Made by a program: the position numbers and the translations under genes. A stretch of 64,000 nucleotides of DNA from positions 1,494,498 to 1,558,497 of the forward strand of contig CBDFIE010000003.1 of assembly GCA_965248005.1 (NCBI GenBank), in the 5' to 3' direction. The notes beneath the pieces are model-generated. The model was not told the DNA's origin and made no database searches. It worked only from the letters and a program-made list of their open reading frames with translations. The stretch's first letter is position 1, and the number at the start of each line of letters is the position of its first letter. Shown here in pieces: positions 27,040 through 36,652 of the stretch. This DNA comes from Dehalococcoidia bacterium. GTDB taxonomy: Bacteria > Chloroflexota > Dehalococcoidia > Lucifugimonadales > UBA1123.

Positions 27040-27215
27040 GTTTGCTCCTTTGGATTCTTACTTTGTCTTACTCGTTCATTGTAGCATGAGACAGGCCGGT
27101 GTCGCGGGGTGTGAAGTCTCCGGGCCGGCCTGGCGTTGACTCTGATTCGAACCAGGGCCGGGACGTGCGATAGAGTTCGTGATTGCCCGGTAACAGAGCG
27201 CGCCGACGAGTTCGT

Positions 27216-28031
27216 TCAGCGCCCGGTGTATACCGGCTTTCGCTTTTCGGCGAACGCGCGCCTGCCCTCCTGGGCGTCGTCGCTGTCGCGGGCAACCCGC
27301 TGGGCTTCGCGCATCCGCTCGATGTCCCTGGCCGTTAACGCTGCCCCTTCCCGACTGCTCCGAACCAGCGTGTCGATGACCCGCTTGTGGCCGCTCACGG
27401 ACAGCGGGGCGTTGTCGACGAACTCCCGCGCCAGGGCGAAGACCTCGGACTCCAGGTCCTCGGGGCTGAGCACCATGTTCACCAGCCCCATGTCCAGCGC
27501 CCGCTGAGGGCTGACCATCCAGCCCGCGCAGAAAAGTTCTTTGGTGAACGCCGGACCCACCAGGTCTATGAACACCTGGATCCGCTCGTAGTCGTAGATG
27601 ATGCCCAGACGCGACGGCGGGATGCCAAGCTGAGACCGGTCGGTGCAGATGCGGATGTCGCACTCGGTGGCCAGCGCCAGGCCGCCCCCAACGCAGTACC
27701 CGTCGATCATCGCGATCACGGGGAACGGGGCGTCGGATATCGCGTCGACGGTCTTGCGGTGGGGCCACTGTAGCCGAGCGTCTTTGTCTGTCCTGGGCTG
27801 AGGGCCCGGGTCGCCGAGCGTCCGGCGGAGGTCGTCGCCGGCCGAGAACGCCATGTCGCCCTGGCCCTTGATTACGAGGCAACGCACTTCGCCAGCCTCC
27901 GCCATGCGGTCTATGTTGTCCACCATCCCAGCGTGGATCTCGGGGTTCAGCGCGTTGCGCTTTTCGGGACGGTTGATCGTGAAAGTCGCGATCCCGTCTC
28001 TCTGCTCGACGATCAGCGCGTCGTAGCTCAT
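27216..28031 (-). CDS. enoyl-CoA hydratase/isomerase (crotonase) family protein
   Basis: FTINRPEKRNAL and AMIDGYCVGGGLALA oxyanion-hole motifs. Confidence 0.9.
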   Translation of the reverse strand: MSYDALIVEQRDGIATFTINRPEKRNALNPEIHAGMVDNIDRMAEAGEVRCLVIKGQGDMAFSAGDDLRRTLGDPGPQPRTDKDARLQWPHRKTVDAISDAPFPVIAMIDGYCVGGGLALATECDIRICTDRSQLGIPPSRLGIIYDYERIQVFIDLVGPAFTKELFCAGWMVSPQRALDMGLVNMVLSPEDLESEVFALAREFVDNAPLSVSGHKRVIDTLVRSSREGAALTARDIERMREAQRVARDSDDAQEGRRAFAEKRKPVYTGR

Positions 28032-28300
28032 ATCACACTCCGTTGATTGTATAGGCGGAACCCGGGCGCCAGCGGCGGTCGAAGCGTGGGGAGTATAGCA
28101 TGGCGGAGTTTCGTCGGGCCCCTCAAATGACGTATATTGATCCTACCGTGAACTTGGCAAGAGACCACGGCATGTCAGGCGCGATCCCCTCTGAGGGAAT
28201 GCGCGGACCTCCAGCGGGGTGGTCCGGTGCGAATCCCGACGATACGCAAATACGTAGAAGATCAAGCGACCAATTCTAAGGCCTGGAGCGGGTAACCGAG

Positions 28301-29059
28301 TTGTCGCCAAGACACAGGATAGCTATGCTCGTGGTAGTGATTGTGGTCGCTGCCCTGGGATGCGGTACGTCGGAACCGGCGGCAGAACCGTCTGCGCCGT
28401 CCGTCCCTGAACAGGCTCCCTCGGCAGAGGTGACTGCTCGATCGGCAGCTACCGCTCAGCCCAGAACGCCGGCGCCGCCGATGGCGGCGACCGCCCCCCC
28501 CAGTTCGCCGACCGCTCAGCCGACATTACCGGCCGCCCAGGTAGAAACGCCCGTCCAGCCGACTCCAGCCGCGCCCAGGGCGGACGCTACCGACCAGCCA
28601 ACTCCGACGGCTTTTCAGGTGGGGCACTCGGTGGGCGACCTTGCCCCGGAGTTCGAGCTGCGACTGGCCGACGGCACATCCGTGACGTCGGCGAGCCTGC
28701 GCGAAGGGTCCCAGCCCACGTTCTTGTTCTTCTTGACAACGTGGTGACGGACCTGCCGCGCCGAGTTACGGCGCATGAAAGATGTTTGGCCTGACTATGC
28801 CGATAGCGTGGGCTTCTACGCCGTGGGCATCGACCCAACCGAGGGAATCAGTGAGTTAGAAGCGTACCGCGAAGGGCAGGGACACCCGTGGCCCGTTGCC
28901 GTTCCCGGAGCGGGCATGCTGGCGGACTTCAGGGTCACTTATCAATCGACCAAGGTCGCCCTCGACGCCGCCGGGGTCATCACGTATCGCGACGGTTTCG
29001 GGCGAGGTGGCGAGGAGGCGTGGCGCGAGGTTTTCGAACAGCTGGCAGCAGCCGAATAG
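28301..29059 (+). CDS. thioredoxin-fold thiol:disulfide oxidoreductase lipoprotein (TlpA/ResA-like), predicted selenoprotein with in-frame UGA at 28745-28747
   Basis: Track ORFs 28301..28747 and 28775..29059 share one frame. Read-through gives FLFFLTTW-U-RTCRAELRRMKDVW, that is WCxxC with the first Cys replaced by TGA, and the rest of the TlpA-like fold follows. The N-terminus has an AALGC lipobox and a Pro/Ala linker. Confidence 0.7.
28758..28774 (+). promoter_or_regulatory. candidate bacterial SECIS hairpin
   Basis: GCGCCG-AGUUA-CGGCGC is a perfect 6-bp stem with a GU-containing loop, starting 11 nt after the UGA. Confidence 0.45.
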
Positions 29060-29162
29060 GCGTTTGCGGGACCACGTTCCACGACGCTCGGAGCAGACCG
29101 CCGTTCATCGCGGTCGATGCCCCACCGGCCGGCACTGTACGGACAAGTACGGACGCGGGCGG

Positions 29163-29534
29163 CTACTGTCCCCTTAGCAGAAACTCGTTGCCGTCCGTGT
29201 CGCGGAAGGTCGCAAAGTTACCCCAGGGCATCTTCTGTAGCTCTTGCGTGAACTCCACGCCCCGGCCTTTCATGACATCGAAGGTGGCCTGGATATCGCT
29301 GCACTCGAACACGACCGATGGCTTACGCTCGGCCCAGTCCGACATCAGCGACTTCGGATACAGGACCAGACGTGAGGCCGCCCCTTCCGGCGCCAGCTCC
29401 AGCCAGGAGCCGGCGCTCCCCATCGACTCACGCCGCCTCAGCTCGAAGCCGACTCGGTCCCGCCAGAACTCCAGTGCTTTGTCCTGGTCATCCACGTAAA
29501 CGGCGACAGTGGCGATCTGCTGAATCATTCGCAT
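29163..29534 (-). CDS. VOC (glyoxalase/bleomycin-resistance) family protein
   Basis: VAVYVDDQDKALEFWRDRVGFE ... FRDTDGNEFLL, typical of paired beta-alpha-beta-beta-beta modules. Confidence 0.85.
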   Translation of the reverse strand: MRMIQQIATVAVYVDDQDKALEFWRDRVGFELRRRESMGSAGSWLELAPEGAASRLVLYPKSLMSDWAERKPSVVFECSDIQATFDVMKGRGVEFTQELQKMPWGNFATFRDTDGNEFLLRGQ

Positions 29535-29616
29535 TACTCCCTTGTGGTCTGCGCACTACACTCCGTCCCTGGGAGGCAGCAATGGCTCCGGCACAGTGCC
29601 GGCGCGCGAATGTCGC

Positions 29617-30030
29617 CTACCGCCGAGCGTCCAGATAGGCCTGGAGTATGACCGCGGCCGCCGAGGCGTCGACGCGCCCACGGTCGCGAGAGGACTGGGG
29701 ACTCGCGTCTTGAAGCAGACGCTGGGCCTGGACGGTAGAGTAGCGCTCGTCGACCGTGTCGACGGGCAGCACTGCCCGCGCCGAGAGCTCGGCGACGAAA
29801 GCGCGCACGGTCCTGGCCTGCTGGCCCTCCGAACCGGAGAGGGACAGAGGCAGCCCCACGATAATCGACTCGACGCCCTGCTCCCCGGCGATGCGCAGTA
29901 TCTCGTCTATGGCCGAAGGCTGCGCCGTAGCTCGGTCGACGGCGGTGATGGGCGTCGCCAGCATACCGGTTGGGTCGCTAAGCGCCACGCCGATGCGCCG
30001 GTCGCCCACGTCCAGGGCCATGACCCTCAC
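29617..30030 (-). CDS. ruvX: putative pre-16S rRNA nuclease / Holliday junction resolvase-like YqgF
   Basis: ALDVGDRRIGVALSD, IIVGLP and DERYST motifs. Its GTG start overlaps the alaS stop (GTGA). Confidence 0.9.
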   Translation of the reverse strand: MRVMALDVGDRRIGVALSDPTGMLATPITAVDRATAQPSAIDEILRIAGEQGVESIIVGLPLSLSGSEGQQARTVRAFVAELSARAVLPVDTVDERYSTVQAQRLLQDASPQSSRDRGRVDASAAAVILQAYLDARR

Positions 30031-32690
30031 GAGCCGAGTTTCTCGCTTACGAGGTCCGGCACCAGGCCAAGAGCATCGTCTAGCTTGCCAGCGTCGCGGC
30101 CCCCGGCCTGGGCGACGTCGGCGCGACCGCCCCCGCCGCCGCCGATGGCCTTTGCGGCGCCCCGGGCGATCTCCGAGGCGTCCAGCCCTCTCTGCACCAG
30201 GTCCGGCGTGACCATGGCCACCAGCAGCGGCCTGTCGTCGATCACCGAACCCAGCACCACGACGCCGCTACCCAGCTTGTCTCGCAGCCAGTCACCCACT
30301 TCTCGGAGGGAGTCGGCATTGGCGGCCGTGGCCCGAGTGGCCAGTACGGCCACACCATCGACCTGCTTGGCATCGGCGAGCAGCCCCTCGGCCGATTGGA
30401 GAGACAGCCTCCGCTCCGCGGCCTCGCGCTCGCGCTGAAGGGTCTCGACTTCGTCAATCAGCGCCTTGACGCGGTCCTCGATCTCTCGAGACGGGATCTG
30501 GAGTGTACGGGCCAGCCTATCCTCTCTCTGGAACTTTTCCCACACCAGTCGTTCGGCCGCTCGACCGCTGATAGCCTCGATTCGGCGCATACCGGCCCCG
30601 ATGGATGACTCGCCCAGGACGTAAACCGAGCCGACCTCGCCCGTGCGCTCGACATGGGTGCCGCCGCAGACCTCGAAGCTGAAGCTCTCGCCATTGGCTA
30701 TCTCGATGAGTCGAACGGTGTCCCCATATTTGTCGCCGAAGAAGGCCAGCGCTCCCCGCCGGATGGCGGACTGGTAGGTGTCCTCATCTTTGAGGATATC
30801 GGCGTTCTGGCGGACCTTCTCGTTGACAAGGAGCTGCACCTGCCACATCTCCTCGTCGGTTACGGGCTGAACGTGAGTGAAGTCGAAGCGCAGCCGGTCG
30901 GGCGCTACGAGCGACCCGGCCTGGCGCACGTGGGCGCCCAGCACCTGCCTGAGGGCGGCATGCAGCAGGTGTGTAGCGGTGTGGTTGCGGGCCGTGTCCT
31001 GGCGACGCACCGGGTCCACGTAGGCGTCCACGGCGTCGCCCATGTCGATCGTGCCTTCGACGACCCGGCCGAACTGGACGATCAGGTCGGGCATCACCTG
31101 CTGAGTGTCGGTGACCTCGACCCTGCCGCGCGGACCGACTATCTCGCCCGCGTCGCCGACCTGGCCGCCGCCCTCGGCGTAGAACGGGGTCTGCACCAGG
31201 GCGACCTCGACCTCCTGGCCCTCGGTAACGCCGCTAACCGCCTCGCCACCGGCGATCAGGCCGACCACCACCGACGAGTCGTTGAGCGTGTCGTATCCCA
31301 GGAAGCGGGTGCCGCCCACGCCAAGGCCCTCGTAGACGCGGATCTTGGCGCGATCGCCGCCGAACTGGGCTGTGGCCCGGGCCCGCTCCCGCTGGGCCTC
31401 CATCTCCCGCTCGAAGCCCTCCATGTCCGTCTCGACGCCGTGCTCGCTGGCGATCTCCTGGGTCATCTCCGCCGGGAAGCCGTGGGTGTCCCAAAGGCTG
31501 AACACGAATTCGCCGGGCAGGTTCTCGGCGCCCTCGAGTGCGTCAGTGAGCAGCGAATAGCCGTTTTCGTAGACCTGCTGGAAACGGTCCTCCTCCAGCC
31601 TCAGCACGGTTAGGATGAACTCGCGGTTGGCCCGAAGCTCCGGGTACACGTCGCCCATCTTCTCGATGGTGGTCTCGGCGACCTCGCCCAGGAAGTTGCC
31701 CTCCAGTCCGATACGTCGCCCGTAGCGGATGGCGCGCCGGATAACCCGTCGCAGGACGTAGCCGCGACCCTCGTTGCCCGGCACGACGCCGTCGGCTATC
31801 AGGAAGCTGACGCTGCGGCCGTGCTCGGCCACGGTGCGGATGGCGTGATCGCTAGCGCGATCGGCGCCGTAGCGTACGCCGCTGATATCTTCGACCTTGC
31901 CCACCAAGGGCTGGAACAGGTCAGTCTCGTACATCGTCGGCGCGCCCTGCATCACCCGGCAGAGACGCTCGAACCCCATACCGGTATCGACGCCAGTGCT
32001 GGGCAGCGGGGTGCGGCTGCCGTCCAGGTGGTGGTAGAACTGCATGAATACGAGGTTCCATAGCTCCACGAACCGGTCGCACGCGTCGCCGTCCTCGTTC
32101 ATGGCGTTCGCGCAGTTGGGGCCACAGCCGGCCTGACCGCAGCCCAGGCCCTGGCCGAAGTCGTAGTGGACTTCGGAGCAGGGGCCGCAGGGGCCTTCGA
32201 GTCCGGCCGGCCCCCACCAGTTGTCCTCGTCGCCGAATCGCGAAATACGCTCGTCCGGGACACCGGCGTGGACCCAAAGGTCCCGCGCCTCGTCGTCGTC
32301 CAGGTAGACGGTGGCGTGCAGGCGGTCCATGTCCAGCCCCATGTTCCGGGTGAGGAACTCCAGCGCGAAGGCTATCGCCTCCTTCTTGAAGTAGTCGCCG
32401 ATGCTGAAGTTGCCCAGCATCTCGAACAGCGTGTTGTGGGTTGCGTCGCCGACGATGTCGATGTCCGGCGTCCGAAAGGACTTTTGTGATGAGGTAAGCC
32501 GTCGATTGGGTGGCGTCGTCTCGCCGGCGAAGTAGGGCTTGAACTGGACCATACCCGCGGTGGTGAGGAGCAGGGTCGGGTCGCCGACGGGAATCAGCGA
32601 GGAGCTGGCGACGCGCAGGTGGCCGTGTCCCTCGAAGTAGCCGAGGAATTTTTCACGTATGATTTCGCTGGTCCAGTTATCCGTGGTCAT
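30027..32690 (-). CDS. alaS: alanine--tRNA ligase
   Basis: The 887-aa product has class II AlaRS motifs (FKPYF, FEMLGNFSFGDYFK-like), the HTATHLLH editing-domain motif, and a C-terminal DHHA1-like GGGGGR. Confidence 0.97.
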   Translation of the reverse strand: MTTDNWTSEIIREKFLGYFEGHGHLRVASSSLIPVGDPTLLLTTAGMVQFKPYFAGETTPPNRRLTSSQKSFRTPDIDIVGDATHNTLFEMLGNFSIGDYFKKEAIAFALEFLTRNMGLDMDRLHATVYLDDDEARDLWVHAGVPDERISRFGDEDNWWGPAGLEGPCGPCSEVHYDFGQGLGCGQAGCGPNCANAMNEDGDACDRFVELWNLVFMQFYHHLDGSRTPLPSTGVDTGMGFERLCRVMQGAPTMYETDLFQPLVGKVEDISGVRYGADRASDHAIRTVAEHGRSVSFLIADGVVPGNEGRGYVLRRVIRRAIRYGRRIGLEGNFLGEVAETTIEKMGDVYPELRANREFILTVLRLEEDRFQQVYENGYSLLTDALEGAENLPGEFVFSLWDTHGFPAEMTQEIASEHGVETDMEGFEREMEAQRERARATAQFGGDRAKIRVYEGLGVGGTRFLGYDTLNDSSVVVGLIAGGEAVSGVTEGQEVEVALVQTPFYAEGGGQVGDAGEIVGPRGRVEVTDTQQVMPDLIVQFGRVVEGTIDMGDAVDAYVDPVRRQDTARNHTATHLLHAALRQVLGAHVRQAGSLVAPDRLRFDFTHVQPVTDEEMWQVQLLVNEKVRQNADILKDEDTYQSAIRRGALAFFGDKYGDTVRLIEIANGESFSFEVCGGTHVERTGEVGSVYVLGESSIGAGMRRIEAISGRAAERLVWEKFQREDRLARTLQIPSREIEDRVKALIDEVETLQREREAAERRLSLQSAEGLLADAKQVDGVAVLATRATAANADSLREVGDWLRDKLGSGVVVLGSVIDDRPLLVAMVTPDLVQRGLDASEIARGAAKAIGGGGGGRADVAQAGGRDAGKLDDALGLVPDLVSEKLGS

Positions 32691-32863
32691 GGGGGCGATC
32701 CCTGTCCTGGGGCTCGGGTGGGCTGCCGAGGGGTCTCGCCGGGCATCGCTTCGATGCGCCGGGCGTGCACCGCGGCGGCGTTTCGACCCCTGATTCTATG
32801 AGCGTGAGCGCGGGGGTGTCAATTTGAGCGTGTTGCATAATTCTGGACGGCCATGCCCCTGTC

Positions 32864-33301
32864 CTAGCTTGATGCACCCCGCCGTACCCGACGAATAATC
32901 ATTCCAGTCGCCTCTCCGAACCCCAAGCGACCATAAAACGCCTTCAGGTCCAAATCGCATATCAGGTCAACGGCATAGAGGCTGTCCAGTTGCTTCAGGA
33001 TGTGCTTCATCAGTTCTGTACCAACGCCCTGCCCCTGATACGCCGTAAGCACTTCGAGGAGCGGTATATGGGCATTCATCACTCCATCGCTTATCGCAGT
33101 CACGAAACCGATGACTCGTCCTCCATCAATCTGGGCGAGTGCCACTCGGTAGCTCGAGCGAAGCAATCTAAGGTGATCCTCAGGAGTCGGCGGGGCGGGC
33201 CAGCCTACGAAAAAGCCACGGAGTTGGTCGGCAGTAACCGCTTGAATTGAGCTGGTGTAGGTAATCACTTCTGTTTTGACTGCTGCCCGGTAGCTCCCCA
33301 C
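32864..33301 (-). CDS. GNAT family N-acetyltransferase
   Basis: QGQGVGTELMKHIL acetyl-CoA binding motif (Q/RxxGxG/A). Confidence 0.8.
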   Translation of the reverse strand: MGSYRAAVKTEVITYTSSIQAVTADQLRGFFVGWPAPPTPEDHLRLLRSSYRVALAQIDGGRVIGFVTAISDGVMNAHIPLLEVLTAYQGQGVGTELMKHILKQLDSLYAVDLICDLDLKAFYGRLGFGEATGMIIRRVRRGASS

Positions 33302-33722
33302 AGCCGCCTCCGGCGAGTCGACCGGCGAGTATGGGGCTGTTTGCCAGCGGATTGACCATCTGAAAGAAACTCCAGTTGCTAATAAAACAACATTAGAAAC
33401 TTTTCAGCAAATTAGTTTCTATTTAACCACAGATAGAAAGCAGGCCTTCACTCCACAGCGTCTACTGAAAGACGCTCCAACAAACCACAGCATGTTGTGT
33501 GCACTCGCGGTCGCAGTACGGTTTTTGGATGCACCGACCAAGTCACTCTCTGCCTCGAAAAGCGTGGTCACGTCGCCAAATTGCATGGAGGTCGACTCGG
33601 CGCGGAATACGATGCGACGCAACGACCGAGGCTGAGCGAAATCGTTTCAAGATGTATAATCCGAGAGGGACCGCAACACGGCTTCGCAAAGCGGGGAGTG
33701 AAAGAACATAGCTTCCTCGACC

Positions 33723-34070
33723 ATGGAAGGGCTGCTTCTGATCGCCGACATCACGGGGTACACAGCGTTCCTCCAGGAGTCGGAATTGGAGCACGCCGAG
33801 GACAGCCTCAGAAGCCTCCTGAACCTCCTCCTCGAGCAGACCGGACCCCCGCTGGTGATCTCCAGGCTCCAGGGCGACGCCGTGATCAGCTACGCCCCTG
33901 CGTGGCAAGTGATCAGACGTTTCGCCCGCAGAGATATCACCGAGGGGTTCCAGAAATTCCACGCCACCGTGGACAAGGAACTCGCTCAGGCGGCACCGGC
34001 CGTGGACAATCCGCCCGACATCGTGCCCCAGCAGGTCGAGGAGGCCGTGGCCCAGAGCCTCAGAGGTTAG
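33723..34070 (+). CDS. DUF2652-like protein (short form or truncated)
   Basis: The N-terminus LLIADITGYTAFLQESELEHAEDSL...LQGDAVISYAP matches the DUF2652 start. The expected Cys-containing C-terminal half is absent. Confidence 0.5.
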   Translation: MEGLLLIADITGYTAFLQESELEHAEDSLRSLLNLLLEQTGPPLVISRLQGDAVISYAPAWQVIRRFARRDITEGFQKFHATVDKELAQAAPAVDNPPDIVPQQVEEAVAQSLRG

Positions 34071-34139
34071 GCCGCGCGGACGGTCCCTGGCGGGAAAGTC
34101 CCGGATTCCGCTGAGCGCCCGGACGCCCAGGCGTAGTCG

Positions 34140-35108
34140 CTACTGGAGTACCTCGTTGATCGCCTCCTCCAGCTCGGCGGCGCCCACAAAGCCCTCGTAC
34201 TTGGCCCGCACCACGCCCTGGCCGTCCATGACGAAGGTCCACGGCTCGGTCGTGAGGTTCCATTCGAACATGGTCGGCGAGACTCTGGCCCGTTCGATGC
34301 CTCCGTCCCGTATGTCCGGCGGGTTGTCGTACACCTCGACGTGGATGAAGTTCACGCGACTACGATATGTTGCCTTCAGCTCCTTCAGCACGTCCACCTG
34401 AGGGCCACACGTCGCGCTTGTGCAATATGCCGGGGTCGCGAAGGTAACGATTAGCGGTGCAGCCGCTTGCAGCGCTTCGGCTATCGTCATCGCGTATAGC
34501 TCGGGGTCGGGCGCCGTGTCCGTCGTCAGGTCCTCGAGGTCCGCTACATCCCTGGCAGTCTTGTTCGCGCTGGGCGGCGCGGGCGAGCCGATCGGCGGCG
34601 TCCGGCTCTGCTGGCCGACCTGTGCGATGGTGGTGGCGCGGACGGCCGTCCCATCCGGCTGCATCAAAAACATAGCGAGTCCCCATTCGCCCGGCTGGTC
34701 GAACGTGAGCCGAACCACATAGACACCGCCAAAGCCGCCGGGCCACTCTCGGAACTCCGCCTCAACAGTTTGCTGCGGCGCCGCAGGCTCCGCGGGGTCG
34801 ACCAGGAGGAAGGTCTGCACCTGGACGGGGGCGCCCTTGATAGCCCCCCGTGCCGGGTCTATCAGTCCGAAGGCGACTCGATTGCCGCCCACCGCCAGGT
34901 CCGTCGAGGCCAGGGCCACGGTGAGCTCCGAGCCCTCCTGCGCGGACGGTCGCGGTGCTGCTGTTGGCTGTGCCGCCTCCGCCGGCGCAGGTCTCGGGGC
35001 GGGCTCGGTCGAGCCGCCGCCGCAGGCCGACGCGACCACTGACAGGACGGTGAGCGCCGCCACTAACGTCGCCCACCGCGATACGGAGACCGGTCTCAGT
35101 ACGCTCAT
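34140..35108 (-). CDS. thioredoxin/SCO-like fold lipoprotein with CxxxC motif
   Basis: Start taken at MSVLRPVSVSRWATLVAALTVLSVVASAC (lipobox). The C-terminal domain has IVTFATPAYCTSATCGP. The track ORF start at 35360 would overlap the neighbouring gene. Confidence 0.7.
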   Translation of the reverse strand: MSVLRPVSVSRWATLVAALTVLSVVASACGGGSTEPAPRPAPAEAAQPTAAPRPSAQEGSELTVALASTDLAVGGNRVAFGLIDPARGAIKGAPVQVQTFLLVDPAEPAAPQQTVEAEFREWPGGFGGVYVVRLTFDQPGEWGLAMFLMQPDGTAVRATTIAQVGQQSRTPPIGSPAPPSANKTARDVADLEDLTTDTAPDPELYAMTIAEALQAAAPLIVTFATPAYCTSATCGPQVDVLKELKATYRSRVNFIHVEVYDNPPDIRDGGIERARVSPTMFEWNLTTEPWTFVMDGQGVVRAKYEGFVGAAELEEAINEVLQ

Positions 35109-35286
35109 CCTCCCCAATCTGCATCGGTCTAGCCGGCGAAACACGGCGGCCGGGCCGCGCAATTCGACCGCTCGGTTGCCCGCCGACATCCATGATAGCC
35201 GATGCCCGGGCAGGACAAGGAGCACGGTCCGGTGGCGACGTGCCCACATCTGCTTGCCGCGGCACACACTCACAACCACATCCGGG

Positions 35287-35862
35287 CTATTCGAAGCGGA
35301 CGACCGTGCCTGACGCAATGCCCAGCCGCAGGGCCAGGCCGCCGTTAATCTCCAATGCAAGCAGGGCCTCCACCGGCGGCTGGTAGAGGGTCAAGTCACC
35401 GTCTGGAACGCCAGGCTCGGGCACCATCGTCTGGATATCGACGACGGCGCCGTCTCGGGCGATGTATACCAGGTCTAGAGCGAAGCCGACGTCCTTCATC
35501 CAGAAGCGGTGCAGCCCCTCCTGTGGGAATATGAACAGCATGCCGCTGTCGTCGGCGATAGCGTCCCTGCCACCGAGGCCCCTACCTCGCGACGTAGCGT
35601 CGCGGGCCACCTCCAGGGTGAACGTCCGCCCGTTTACAATGGCCCGAGTTGGCTCGCTGTCGCCCGTGAACTGTTCCGCGAAATCTCGCGGCGCCTGTGT
35701 CCCAGCTCCGCCGGAGAGGGCTTCCCTCTCTGGCGCAGGCTGACGTCCCGGGTCGCTGCTGGCGTACCACAGGAGCGCTACCGCGACGGCCAATAGGGGC
35801 ACGCCAATCAGCACTGCCGGTCTCCTGCCCCGTCTATCCGAAATGATGGTCAGTCCTCTCAC
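35287..35862 (-). CDS. DUF192 domain protein with an N-terminal membrane anchor
   Basis: GMLFIFPQEGLHRFWMKDVGFALDLVYIARDGAVVDI and ALLALEINGG match DUF192. I prefer the GTG start at 35862, just before the TM segment; the longest ORF would reach 35967. Confidence 0.7.
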   Translation of the reverse strand: MRGLTIISDRRGRRPAVLIGVPLLAVAVALLWYASSDPGRQPAPEREALSGGAGTQAPRDFAEQFTGDSEPTRAIVNGRTFTLEVARDATSRGRGLGGRDAIADDSGMLFIFPQEGLHRFWMKDVGFALDLVYIARDGAVVDIQTMVPEPGVPDGDLTLYQPPVEALLALEINGGLALRLGIASGTVVRFE

Positions 35863-36052
35863 CTGGAGTCGCTGGCGCCGGCCTCCGGTCGCGGGCCATC
35901 TTACCGCAGCGCGCGGCCGCCAACAAGCAGCCGGCGAGTGCCCGAAAGATCGGGGATTCACGGCCATTAAACGATACGGAGCTAACGGTACCGGACGCTT
36001 GGCCCGCGTACTTGCGGCACCGAAGGCGACGGGCTAAGATTGGGCTAACGGT

Positions 36053-36574
36053 ATGGCACAGGCGAAGAACGAATTCACCAGCGTGTCCGGCCTGCGGGCC
36101 GAATCGGTCGGCGAGCCGGGTAAGCGCACATTCCGCATTGTGGTGGACAGCGCCAGCAGTTCCGCGACGATCTGGCTGGAAAAAGAGCAGCTTTTCCAGC
36201 TTGCACTGGCTATCCAGCAACTGATCGCCACTCTGCCGGAGGACCGCGCGCCCGAGGGCGAGGCGCCCACCGATCGAGAGGCGGAAGCACTCACGCGGCT
36301 CGATTTCAACGTGGCGAAGCTCGTGCTGGGCCACGACGGCAGCAGGGGCCTGTTCATCATTGACGCCCACGACCCCGAAGACGACGAGTCGGCCACGGTC
36401 CGCGTTTGGGCCAGCGTGGACCAGGCGAAGGAGTTCTCCCAGGAAGCCCTCAGCGTTTGCGCGTCCGGGCGGCCTCTTTGCCCACTCTGCGGCAGGCCAA
36501 CTCCCGACGCGTCGGGAGGGCACCGGTGCGCTCGCGTCAACGGCCACATTACACTGGAGGACGCCGACCTGTAA
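36053..36574 (+). CDS. DUF3090 family protein (TIGR03847-like)
   Basis: GEPGKRTFRIVV...ATIWLEKEQL...LFIIDAHDPE...VRVWAS and a C-terminal CPLCGRP...GHRC, as I remember this family. Confidence 0.75.
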   Translation: MAQAKNEFTSVSGLRAESVGEPGKRTFRIVVDSASSSATIWLEKEQLFQLALAIQQLIATLPEDRAPEGEAPTDREAEALTRLDFNVAKLVLGHDGSRGLFIIDAHDPEDDESATVRVWASVDQAKEFSQEALSVCASGRPLCPLCGRPTPDASGGHRCARVNGHITLEDADL

Positions 36575-36652
36575 CCGGATGCTTGCGCTGCGCAGACGCT
36601 AGCCGGCCCAGGACTCTGTCTGCCTACACGCCGATGGCGTCGCTCAACCCTG

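Noticed and set aside
27040-27215. A possible tRNA or terminator: cagggccgg/ccggcctg 8-bp stem around 27088-27130 and the string gattcgaacc.
   Set aside because: The stem encloses a 25-nt loop and has no U-run. The TTCGAA string lacks complementary T-stem arms, so it is neither a tRNA nor a convincing intrinsic terminator.
35109-35360. An N-terminal extension of the SCO-like lipoprotein (track ORF start 35360) overlapping the DUF192 gene.
   Set aside because: A signal peptide with a lipobox starts at the internal Met (35108). The extension is Arg/Trp-rich, precedes that signal peptide and overlaps the neighbouring gene by 74 nt.
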